A DNA stretch of 64,000 nucleotides, taken from Elusimicrobiota bacterium (GTDB lineage Bacteria > Elusimicrobiota > Elusimicrobia > Elusimicrobiales > UBA9959). Location: contig JAINCQ010000037.1 in the NCBI GenBank assembly GCA_036574205.1, positions 1-64,000 on the forward strand. The letters run 5' to 3'. Shown piece after piece: positions 1 through 8,246 of this stretch (position 1 is its first letter; every line of letters starts with the position of its first letter). Both the position numbers and the translations under genes were made by a program. Below the pieces are notes generated by a model. The model was not told the DNA's origin. It did not search any database and saw only the letters and a list, made by a program, of their open reading frames with translations.

Positions 1-23
1 TCCATTTTGAACCTCAACTTCAT
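1..23 (-). CDS. 5' end of a gene running off the left edge (MKLRFKM...), product unknown
   Basis: Minus-strand ATG at 23 with a strong SD (AAGGAGGG) upstream; only 7 codons visible. Confidence 0.55.
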
Positions 24-46
24 AATGCAACCCTCCTTTATTGAGG

Positions 47-115
47 GTTACATTATATAAATTTCAGTTACATTTTAAATGAGTTGACATTTAGCCTTAT
101 GGTTACATTTTACAT
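47..115. promoter_or_regulatory. Repeated GTTACATT motifs, putative regulator binding sites
   Basis: GTTACATT at 47-54, 67-74 and 102-109; GTTGACATT at 83-91; TTACAT at 110-115; in a divergent intergenic region. Confidence 0.45.
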
Positions 116-131
116 GATTTGATTCGAGTTA

Positions 132-161
132 TTGACAATAATAATTATTTTTTTATAAAAT
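132..161 (+). promoter_or_regulatory. Sigma70-type promoter for perR-ahpC
   Basis: TTGACA at 132-137; TATAAA at 154-159 or TAAAAT at 156-161. Confidence 0.65.
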
Positions 162-169
162 ATATTAAA

Positions 170-184
170 TTAGAATAATTATAA
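170..184 (+). promoter_or_regulatory. Per box (PerR operator)
   Basis: TTAGAATAATTATAA, one mismatch from the consensus TTATAATnATTATAA; lies between the promoter and the SD of a PerR-like gene. Confidence 0.7.
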
Positions 185-201
185 ATAAGGAGTTTTTTAG
201 A

Positions 202-591
202 ATGTTGCAAATGAAAATAAAAAGAAAAACACCTCAGAGAAGGGAGATAATAAAATATTTGACAAATAATTATAATCACCCCACTGCTTTTGAAATATAT
301 AAGGCAGTAAAGAAGAAAATTCCGTCTATTTCTTTTGCCACAGTTTATAATAACTTAAAATCCATGCTACTGGAAAAACAATTAGTCTCAATTACTGATG
401 GAGAGAGGTTAAGGTTTGATCCTGATAATACTCCACATGATCACTTTATATGTATTAAATGCGGGAAAATTTATGATATCCAAAAAATTATTAAAAATCT
501 TAGATATAAGAATTTAAAGGTTATTTCACATATTAGCTATGTTAGAGGAGTATGTGAAAAATGTCTTAAAAAAACAAAGGAGGAAAAATGA
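202..591 (+). CDS. perR: Fur-family peroxide-responsive repressor (PerR-like)
   Basis: HPTA, SFATVYNNL, HDHFICIKCG and CEKC motifs; coupled to ahpC. Confidence 0.85.
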   Translation: MLQMKIKRKTPQRREIIKYLTNNYNHPTAFEIYKAVKKKIPSISFATVYNNLKSMLLEKQLVSITDGERLRFDPDNTPHDHFICIKCGKIYDIQKIIKNLRYKNLKVISHISYVRGVCEKCLKKTKEEK

Positions 592-1196
592 ACGAAATAA
601 ATGAAAAAATAATAACCGTGGGGATGAAAGTGGAAAACTTTGAGTTTGAAGGATATGATCCTAAAAAAAATTGTTTCTCAAAGTTTTCTTTGAAAGATTC
701 ATTAAAGGGAAAAAAGTGGACTGTTTTGGTTTACTATCCAGCTGATTTCACTTTTGTTTGTCCAACTGAGCTTGAAGACCTTGCGGAAAAACATAGTGAG
801 CTTGAAAAAATGGGGGTCAATGTATTAAGTGTAAGCTGCGACACAAAATTTGTACATATGGCATGGAAAGAAAACGAAAAACTGTTAAAAAATGTTTCTT
901 ATTTTATGGCAACTGATCCTCTTGGAAAGATGGCAAAAAAGTTTGGGGTATTTGATGAAAATTCTGGAGTTAGCTATAGAGCGACAATTATTATTAATCC
1001 TGATGGGATCTTATCTGGAGTTGAGGTTAATTTAAATAATGTTGGGAGAAATATGGATGAGCTTGTTAGAAAGATAAAAGCATTAATTTATACTTATAAT
1101 AATCCTCAGGAAGTTTGTCCCGCTAAATGGGAACCTGGCAAAAAAACTTTAAAGCCATCTGAGGAGTTAGTTGGTAAGGTTTATAAAAATATTTGA
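588..1196 (+). CDS. ahpC: 2-Cys peroxiredoxin AhpC
   Basis: YPADFTFVCPTE and EVCPAKW motifs. Confidence 0.93.
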   Translation: MNEINEKIITVGMKVENFEFEGYDPKKNCFSKFSLKDSLKGKKWTVLVYYPADFTFVCPTELEDLAEKHSELEKMGVNVLSVSCDTKFVHMAWKENEKLLKNVSYFMATDPLGKMAKKFGVFDENSGVSYRATIIINPDGILSGVEVNLNNVGRNMDELVRKIKALIYTYNNPQEVCPAKWEPGKKTLKPSEELVGKVYKNI

Positions 1197-1213
1197 AAAA
1201 ATTATATGTGAAA

Positions 1214-1549
1214 TTATTTTTCTAACTCTTCCAGTATTTTTTTAATTTCAATATTTATGTCTTTTAAAATATCTATATACTTTGAATCGCTTTTTTTCTG
1301 GTGATTTTCTACAATATTTTTCCCTAAAATTTTTCTAATTCCCTTTATGGAATAGCCTTTTAAGTAAAGTAAATCTTTTATTTCAAGTATAGTTTCTATA
1401 TCTTTTTTTGTATATCTTCTGTGAAGACTTGGAAGTCTTATTGGCTTTATAATCTTCAGTTTTTCTTCCCAATACCTTATGGTATGAGGTTTTATCCCGG
1501 TTAGTTTTGATATCTCTCTGATTGTAAAATAATTTTTACGCTCTGTCAT
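1214..1549 (-). CDS. MerR-family transcriptional regulator
   Basis: YFTIREISKLTGIKPHTIRYWE HTH; typical position after an IHF-like gene. Confidence 0.88.
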   Translation of the reverse strand: MTERKNYFTIREISKLTGIKPHTIRYWEEKLKIIKPIRLPSLHRRYTKKDIETILEIKDLLYLKGYSIKGIRKILGKNIVENHQKKSDSKYIDILKDINIEIKKILEELEK

Positions 1550-1806
1550 TTAAAGAATGTCTTTGAAGGTTTGAATCTGACTTTCTTCAAAGGTCCAACC
1601 ATAACTTTTTCATTGGTACGGGGATTTCTTCTAAGCGCAGGCATATGTTGAACTACCTTAAATGTTCCAAATCCTGATATAACCACTTTTTCATCTTTTA
1701 AAAGTGCGGAGTGTATTATCTCAAATACTTTATTAACGATAAATTCAGAATCGGAATTTTTGGGTAAAAAATTTGACATTTCATCAATTATCTGTTTCTT
1801 GTTCAT
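1546..1806 (-). CDS. HU/IHF-family DNA-binding protein
   Basis: ISGFGTF...RRNPRTNE...VRFKPS signature. Confidence 0.9.
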   Translation of the reverse strand: MNKKQIIDEMSNFLPKNSDSEFIVNKVFEIIHSALLKDEKVVISGFGTFKVVQHMPALRRNPRTNEKVMVGPLKKVRFKPSKTFFK

Positions 1807-2308
1807 TTTTCCCCTCCTTATCTTTTGGCGGATTCTCTCCTATAATATCTTTTGGTGTAAGATTTTTAAGCTTTTCTTTAAACTCTTTGACTTCTTCTTC
1901 CGTTATGGGTTTTGCTAAAACCTGAGTAGTTTTAAATATATTTTCGTTTACATAAATAGGACATCCGCTTCTAACACTTAACGCTATAGCATCAGAGGGT
2001 CTTGAATCTATTTCTTCTATGTTTTTGCCTTTTGCAATATATATTTTTGCAAAATATGTATTTTCTTCAAGTGATGTTATTACAACTTTTATTATTCTGG
2101 CATCAAGGCTGGTTATTACTTTATATAACAAATCGTGTGTCATTGGCCGCGGTGAAACATAGCCAGACATTTTCATAGCTATAGCTTGAGCTTCAAAAGG
2201 GCCTATCCATATAGGTAATAATCGTATTCCCTTTGTCTCCTCCAAAAAAATTATAGATTCTGTTATACTCGTTGCTATTGAATATATCTTAACTTCTATC
2301 TCTTTCAT
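1784..2308 (-). CDS. Bifunctional nuclease family protein (DUF151)
   Basis: LPIWIGPFEAQAI, RPMTHDL and DSRPSDAIAL motifs. Confidence 0.9.
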   Translation of the reverse strand: MKEIEVKIYSIATSITESIIFLEETKGIRLLPIWIGPFEAQAIAMKMSGYVSPRPMTHDLLYKVITSLDARIIKVVITSLEENTYFAKIYIAKGKNIEEIDSRPSDAIALSVRSGCPIYVNENIFKTTQVLAKPITEEEVKEFKEKLKNLTPKDIIGENPPKDKEGKNEQETDN

Positions 2309-2898
2309 TATCCCTCTTTTCTGTTATATTTTAATTCTTCGCCTTTTAGAAGTCTTTTTATATTTGGTATGTGAGTTATAAAAATAATTATTGATATCAA
2401 TATGCATAGTATTCTAAATTCAGGTTTTATATGAAATAATATAGAACTTATCATAAATACAAATGTTGCAGTAATAGTACCAAGTGAAACAAATCCAGAT
2501 GATTTAGTTATAAGTATAAAAGTTATAAGAGCAAGAGCCAAAGCATATGGCGTTATAACCATTAACACACCAGCAGAGGTCGCCACCCCCTTACCTCCTT
2601 TAGAACTTAAAAAAAGGGTAAATATATGACCTGCTATAGAAAGAAATCCTATAAGCATTATCATATATGGATTTAAAAAAAATTTTGTTGAAATATATGT
2701 TGGGATAAATCCTTTTAAAAAATCAAATACAAAAGTAATACTCCCCCATTTTTTGCCAAGAACCCTGTAAACATTTGTTGCCCCGACATTTCCAGAGCCG
2801 TGTTGCCTTATATCTATATTATTTAGCTTGCCAACTATAAATGCTGTTGGTATAGAGCCTATAGCATAGCTCATAAGACATATCAAAAATATCTCCAT
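2308..2898 (-). CDS. plsY: Glycerol-3-phosphate acyltransferase PlsY
   Basis: GSIP, GSGNVGATN and GGKGVAT motifs; hydrophobic. Confidence 0.95.
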   Translation of the reverse strand: MEIFLICLMSYAIGSIPTAFIVGKLNNIDIRQHGSGNVGATNVYRVLGKKWGSITFVFDFLKGFIPTYISTKFFLNPYMIMLIGFLSIAGHIFTLFLSSKGGKGVATSAGVLMVITPYALALALITFILITKSSGFVSLGTITATFVFMISSILFHIKPEFRILCILISIIIFITHIPNIKRLLKGEELKYNRKEG

Positions 2899-2927
2899 AA
2901 GATAATTATATTATATTATAAATACAA

Positions 2928-4190
2928 TTAATAAGTGTCAATAGTTTTTAGATTAAGTTTTTCCTGAATATTTTTTATTTTTTCAGCTATTCCTTTAATT
3001 TTAACTATTGCATGGTCTTCGAAGTAATTTTCTTCAATAACAAAAAAATTTTTTCTCAGGTCGTTTATTGTTTCAAATTCTTCTTTAGTGATTTTAAGAG
3101 TCTTTTCCTTCCATTTATAGCTTAGTCTTTTATCAATTTCAAACATAAGTTGATCAATGCCTTCTTTTTTTAGGGCTGAGATAAATACAGGTTCAAATTG
3201 TGACAATGAAAGGTTTAATGAATCTGGATCCACTATATCTTTTTTATTAAAAACATTGATTAGTGGTATGTAATCAGCGCCTATTTCTTTAAGGGTCTTT
3301 TTTACAACGACATTTTGCATTATTATATCTGAGGTAAGATCATGAAGATGAATTATTAAATCAGAGTTTTTTATTTCTTCTAAGGTTGCGGAAAAAGCCA
3401 TTATAAGAAGGTGGGGAAGGTTGTTAATAAAACCAACAGTATCTTCAAATATGCCAAAAAACCCCTCTTTTATCATTGCTTTTCTTGCGGTAGGATCAAG
3501 AGTGGCAAATAACTTATCATCAGCATAGACATCATTTTTGCCTGAGATCGCATTTAATAGTGTTGATTTCCCAGCATTAGTATATCCAACTATTGATATT
3601 ACTGGAAAAGGAAAATCCTTCCTTTTCTCCCTTTGTAGTTCTCTACGCAGTTTGATTTTTTTAATTTTTTCAGATATGATAGATATTTTTTCTCTTATTG
3701 CTCTTCTATCATATTCTATTTTTCTTTCACCTCCTCCCCCTCGTATGCCGGTTACCCCATACTGTTGATCCATATCTCTACCAGATCCAGAAATTCTTGA
3801 AAGTTTATATTTAAGATTAGCTAAATCCACTTGAAGTTTCCCCTCCTGAGTTCTTGCTCTTTGCTTGAATATTTCAAGGATTAAAAATGTTTTATCTATC
3901 ACCCTCACACCAAGAAAATCTTCAATATTTCTCTGTTGGCGTTCAGAGAGAGTTATATTGAATAATATAGACTTTATATTACATTCAGTTATTTTTTCTT
4001 TAATTTCTTTAAGCTTGCCTATACCTATATAAAAAGATGGGGTAGGCTTGTCTATTTTAACAATCATCTCTATACTATCACTAACACCATATGTAGAAAG
4101 GAGGTTTTTAATTTCCTTTATTTCGTAATCATATGTCTCTGTTTTTATTTTTTTTTCTTTATTTGTTACTATTATTACAAGAAATTTCAT
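2928..4190 (-). CDS. hflX: GTPase HflX
   Basis: RARTQEGKLQV, GYTNAGKST, FATLDPT, DTVGF and NKKD motifs. Confidence 0.95.
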   Translation of the reverse strand: MKFLVIIVTNKEKKIKTETYDYEIKEIKNLLSTYGVSDSIEMIVKIDKPTPSFYIGIGKLKEIKEKITECNIKSILFNITLSERQQRNIEDFLGVRVIDKTFLILEIFKQRARTQEGKLQVDLANLKYKLSRISGSGRDMDQQYGVTGIRGGGGERKIEYDRRAIREKISIISEKIKKIKLRRELQREKRKDFPFPVISIVGYTNAGKSTLLNAISGKNDVYADDKLFATLDPTARKAMIKEGFFGIFEDTVGFINNLPHLLIMAFSATLEEIKNSDLIIHLHDLTSDIIMQNVVVKKTLKEIGADYIPLINVFNKKDIVDPDSLNLSLSQFEPVFISALKKEGIDQLMFEIDKRLSYKWKEKTLKITKEEFETINDLRKNFFVIEENYFEDHAIVKIKGIAEKIKNIQEKLNLKTIDTY

Positions 4191-5139
4191 ATCTGGATAT
4201 TATATTGTTTGCTATAGAATCTATATCAAATTCTTTTTCTTCGTTTATTTCTATCTTAGTTGATTCATATCTTGAAAACCATGTATTCTGTCTTTTTGCA
4301 TAATCCATGGATTCTTTAACAATTAATTCTATTGCTTTATCTCTGGATATTTTATTTTCTATGTAATCTATCATTATGGGATAGCCAAGAGATTTTAGTC
4401 CTGGACAATCAATGGGATATCCATTGGTTATCATATCTTTTATTTCTCTTTCCCAATGATTAAAAACTTCTTTTGTTCTTTGCTTTATTCTTTTTGAAAG
4501 AAGTTGCCTTGACCATTTTATAAAAACAAAGAAAGCATTTGAATAGGATTTGGGATTGAATATATTATTTGAAATCAGGGAAGAATAAGGTTTTGAAGTT
4601 AGTATTGAAACTTCTATGGCTCTTATTACCCTATGTACATTATTGGGATGTATTTTTTTTGCCGAGACGGGATCTAACTCCTTTAATTTTTCATGAAGTT
4701 TTTCTTTCCCGTATTTGTCAAGATATTCTCTTAATTGATTCCTTATATGTTTGTTTGATTCTGGCATTGGATCAAGGGGATTGAATATTGAATTTATATA
4801 AAACCCCGTTCCACCGCATATTATAAATTTTCTTGTTTTGATTTTCAAAAGACAGTTTTTGAAATCATAGATATATTTTGCTACATTGTATGTTTCAATT
4901 GGATCTATAAAATCAACAAGATGGTAAGGAATTGAATCTACAATATATACTGGGTTTTCTTTGTTTATCCATCTTCCAGCAGGCTTGGAAGTACCTGCGG
5001 AAAGATGCTTGTATATCTGTCGGGAATCAGCCGAAATTATCTCAGCCCCAATCTCTTTAGCTATACGCAATGCTATAGCGGTTTTGCCGCTTGCATTAGC
5101 TCCTGTGATTACAATAGGTTTATCAAAGGATGAAAACAT
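4159..5139 (-). CDS. miaA: tRNA dimethylallyltransferase
   Basis: GANASGKT, SADSRQIY, GGTGFY, RVIRAIE and YAKRQNTW motifs. Confidence 0.95.
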   Translation of the reverse strand: MFSSFDKPIVITGANASGKTAIALRIAKEIGAEIISADSRQIYKHLSAGTSKPAGRWINKENPVYIVDSIPYHLVDFIDPIETYNVAKYIYDFKNCLLKIKTRKFIICGGTGFYINSIFNPLDPMPESNKHIRNQLREYLDKYGKEKLHEKLKELDPVSAKKIHPNNVHRVIRAIEVSILTSKPYSSLISNNIFNPKSYSNAFFVFIKWSRQLLSKRIKQRTKEVFNHWEREIKDMITNGYPIDCPGLKSLGYPIMIDYIENKISRDKAIELIVKESMDYAKRQNTWFSRYESTKIEINEEKEFDIDSIANNIISRYEISCNNSNK

Positions 5140-5603
5140 TACTTAAAATATTCTTCTATTTTTTGAGGTTTATTGCATAAAATACTGGCTTTACATTTCT
5201 CAACACATACCTCAGGAAGTTTAAGGGAAATTCTTATATCGCAATCTAAATAATCAAGTGCCATTGCATTTATTTTTGAAGATATTTCTTTGGATATCTC
5301 GCTAAAACTTATTCCGACCATATAAACTTCACCTTTTTGCTTTATCCAGGCTATTTTCCCTTTAACAGGGATAGTTGTCTTGTCAAGTTTTAAAATTATG
5401 TTTATTTCTTTAGTATGTGGAGGCTCTAAAAAAGTTATCAACCTCATTCCACCAGCAGATAAATCTGAGAGTATTGCAGGCTGAGGAATTGTTTTGCCAC
5501 TTTGTCCTTCGGAGTAAAATTCTATTTCAACCGGTTCAAGTATTCCATGTAAAATTGGAAGTCTTGGATGTTTCCTTCTTTCTTCATTTGTTTTTTTAGG
5601 CAT
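5139..5603 (-). CDS. PilZ-domain c-di-GMP receptor with a Cys-rich C-terminus
   Basis: RRKHPR (RxxxR) and DLSAGG motifs; start placed at ATG 5603 after a GGAG SD. Confidence 0.8.
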   Translation of the reverse strand: MPKKTNEERRKHPRLPILHGILEPVEIEFYSEGQSGKTIPQPAILSDLSAGGMRLITFLEPPHTKEINIILKLDKTTIPVKGKIAWIKQKGEVYMVGISFSEISKEISSKINAMALDYLDCDIRISLKLPEVCVEKCKASILCNKPQKIEEYFK

Positions 5604-6834
5604 ATATTCTCCCATATAAAGTGTTAGTTTTCACATCTTCAATCTTTACTTCTAAAAGTGAACCTTCAGTATATATATCATTATCTATTATACAACAATT
5701 ATAGCCAGTGTTTGTCCTCCCAAATTTATTATTATATAATAGAACAGTTTCTATCCTGCCAATTTTATCCATTGCTACCTCTTTAGCAATTTTTTTTGCT
5801 TCATTAAGTAGTATCCTGTGCCTTTTCTCAAGTTCATTACAACTTATTAATAGAGGATCTTTTGCTTCAAATCTTGGAGAATATTTAAAACAATATATAT
5901 TAGAAAATCTTATTTTTTCTATGGCTTTTAAACTTAACTCAAAATCTTTAATTGTTTCTCCATTATATCCTACTATTATATCGCTGGTTATTGATGTAGA
6001 GGGATCCTGGGCTTTAAGTTCAGATATTATTTCCATATATTTTTCAATTGTATATCCTCTATTCATTTTTTTGAGTATTTTGTTTGAAGCGCTTTGAAGA
6101 GGAATATGCAACCATCTCGATATTTTTTTATTTCTTCCATATTCAAGGAAGAATTTTTTAGTAAAAAAAAGTGGATGTGGGCTCATGAAACGTATTATTT
6201 TTATCTCATCTATTTGTGAAATTTCTTTAAGCAAATCAGTAAAATCTAATTTCAGATACCGGTATGAATTAACAGTTTGTCCTAAAAGCATAATTTCTTT
6301 AACCCCATTTTTTGCTTTTTCTTTTATTTCTTTAACTATCTCATTGAAAGGGATGTTAATCTCGTTTCCTCTTACATAAGGAACTATACAATATGAGCAT
6401 TTTAAATTGCAACCTTTTGAAATTATTTGATAATCAAAAATTTTTTTTTCAAAAAAAGTGTTAGTTATATCAGGGTTTGATTTAGTTTTATTTTTATCAA
6501 ATAGCTGGTATATTTTGTCATAAGATTTTGCGCCAATAATCTCATCTATGTACGGGAACCTTTTTTTTAAACCTTTTCCAAGTCTTTGAGCAGCACATCC
6601 TGTAACAAAGATTTTTTTCCTATCTGTTTTCCATTTTTTTAATGTTCCTATAAGACTTATAGCTTTATCTTCAGCGTGTTGTCTTACAGTGCAGGTGTTT
6701 ATTATTATTATATCTGCATCATCTATATTCTCTGTTATTTGATAGTTATGTGTTTTAAGAAAATCAGCTATTGAGTTTGATTCTGCTTCGTTCATCTGGC
6801 AACCGTAGGTTATTATATTTACTTTTTCAAGCAT
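5596..6834 (-). CDS. miaB: tRNA methylthiotransferase MiaB (radical SAM)
   Basis: TYGCQMN, INTCTVR, GCAAQ and CNLKCSYC motifs; adjacent to miaA. Confidence 0.9.
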   Translation of the reverse strand: MLEKVNIITYGCQMNEAESNSIADFLKTHNYQITENIDDADIIIINTCTVRQHAEDKAISLIGTLKKWKTDRKKIFVTGCAAQRLGKGLKKRFPYIDEIIGAKSYDKIYQLFDKNKTKSNPDITNTFFEKKIFDYQIISKGCNLKCSYCIVPYVRGNEINIPFNEIVKEIKEKAKNGVKEIMLLGQTVNSYRYLKLDFTDLLKEISQIDEIKIIRFMSPHPLFFTKKFFLEYGRNKKISRWLHIPLQSASNKILKKMNRGYTIEKYMEIISELKAQDPSTSITSDIIVGYNGETIKDFELSLKAIEKIRFSNIYCFKYSPRFEAKDPLLISCNELEKRHRILLNEAKKIAKEVAMDKIGRIETVLLYNNKFGRTNTGYNCCIIDNDIYTEGSLLEVKIEDVKTNTLYGRIYA

Positions 6835-6837
6835 AAA

Positions 6838-7854
6838 CTATTTCTTGTTTAAAATATATTTTTCAGTATATCGAATTATACTTTCAGCAATTCTTACTGT
6901 CTCATCAGGATATCTTCCAACTGCTGTTTCAGCCGAAAACATAACATAATCAGCTCCGTCTAAAATAGCATTGGCAAGATCGCTAACCTCTGCTCTTGTT
7001 GGGCGATAGTTATTAACCATTGATTCAAATATTTGAGTTGCAACTATTGAAAATCTACCAAGTTCCCTTGCTTTTTCAATAAGATTTTTCTGAATTAAAG
7101 GTATTTTATAAAGCGGGACAGATATTCCAAGATCTCCTCTTGCGACCATTATGCCATCTGAGTGCTTAAGTATTGTTGGATAGTTTGTTAATGCCTGTCT
7201 GTTTTCTATTTTTGAGATGATTTTTATTTTTTTATTTTTTTCTATTAATATTTTTCTTAAAGCTATAATGTCATAGTGATTTCTCACAAAAGATTGCGCT
7301 ATAAAATCAAACTTTCTATCTATGATGAAATCAATATCTTTTTTATCTTCTGGATTAAGCATTGGAAAATAAAGATTTGCAAGGGGTATATTTATCCCTT
7401 TTTTGTTTTTTACAATCCCCCCCCTTTTTACTATTGTTTTTAAATCTTCTTTGTTTACCTGAACAACCTCAAGCTCTATATTACCATCATCTATATATAT
7501 TTTATGTCCTACTTTTATAGCTTTTAAATCATATTCATAATCAAAACTTATGATTTTTGAAGTTGAAATTACATTCTTCTTTGTAAGAATTATTGTGTCT
7601 TTGTTTTTTATTTCAAAGGGTTTTTGGATATTTCTTATTCTTATTCTGTTACCTTTTAAATCAGCAAGAGCTTTTAATCTAAAACCCTGTTTATTTAGTT
7701 TTTCTATTATTTTAAGAGCTTTATCAAATATCTGATAATCTGAATGGGAAAAGTTAAACCTTATTACATCAACACCATTTATAGCCAACTTCTTAAGCAT
7801 TTCAAAACTATCTATGGCTGGTCCAAATGTGGCTATTATCATGGTTTTGGGCAT
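6838..7854 (-). CDS. pyk: Pyruvate kinase, short form without the C domain
   Basis: ATFGPA, RFNFSH, SKIEN, MVARGDLG and PTRAEVSD motifs; 338 aa. Confidence 0.92.
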   Translation of the reverse strand: MPKTMIIATFGPAIDSFEMLKKLAINGVDVIRFNFSHSDYQIFDKALKIIEKLNKQGFRLKALADLKGNRIRIRNIQKPFEIKNKDTIILTKKNVISTSKIISFDYEYDLKAIKVGHKIYIDDGNIELEVVQVNKEDLKTIVKRGGIVKNKKGINIPLANLYFPMLNPEDKKDIDFIIDRKFDFIAQSFVRNHYDIIALRKILIEKNKKIKIISKIENRQALTNYPTILKHSDGIMVARGDLGISVPLYKIPLIQKNLIEKARELGRFSIVATQIFESMVNNYRPTRAEVSDLANAILDGADYVMFSAETAVGRYPDETVRIAESIIRYTEKYILNKK

Positions 7855-7934
7855 AATAATAGTTTAACAAAAAAATAACCCTTTCCGAAAAATCAGGTTT
7901 TAGATTAATTAGAAATGTTAAAATGCGTTAAATA

Positions 7935-8246
7935 TTAAACAACTTTACATCTTCTTCTTTTTGAAATCAGGAAAGATCCATCATGTTTATGCATCTTTGC
8001 AATTATCTCATGATTGCCAGGTTTTATGTCGTTCCAATCATACCACCAGTATCCAACTGAATGTCTTGTTGCATGCCATGGACCATTATCTATGGAAACC
8101 TCAACCCCTTTTGCATCGCTTGTTCCTATTCTTATGGTATAATGCCTTGATGTTATCGTTTCCATATGTTTTGGATAATCAATGACAACATATCCATTTT
8201 CTGTTGTTGTAGTGGCATTTTTTCTCTTTAAGGCTGTTTTTGCCAT
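7935..8246 (-). CDS. Possible nested in-frame small protein (103 aa, Ig-like)
   Basis: Internal SD AAGGAGGG followed by AAAA-ATG at 8246, in frame with tal/pgi. Confidence 0.55.
   Translation of the reverse strand: MAKTALKRKNATTTTENGYVVIDYPKHMETITSRHYTIRIGTSDAKGVEVSIDNGPWHATRHSVGYWWYDWNDIKPGNHEIIAKMHKHDGSFLISKRRRCKVV

Noticed and set aside
7855..7934. Intrinsic terminator between tal/pgi and pyk
   Set aside because: No convincing GC stem followed by a U tract; the region looks more like the pyk promoter
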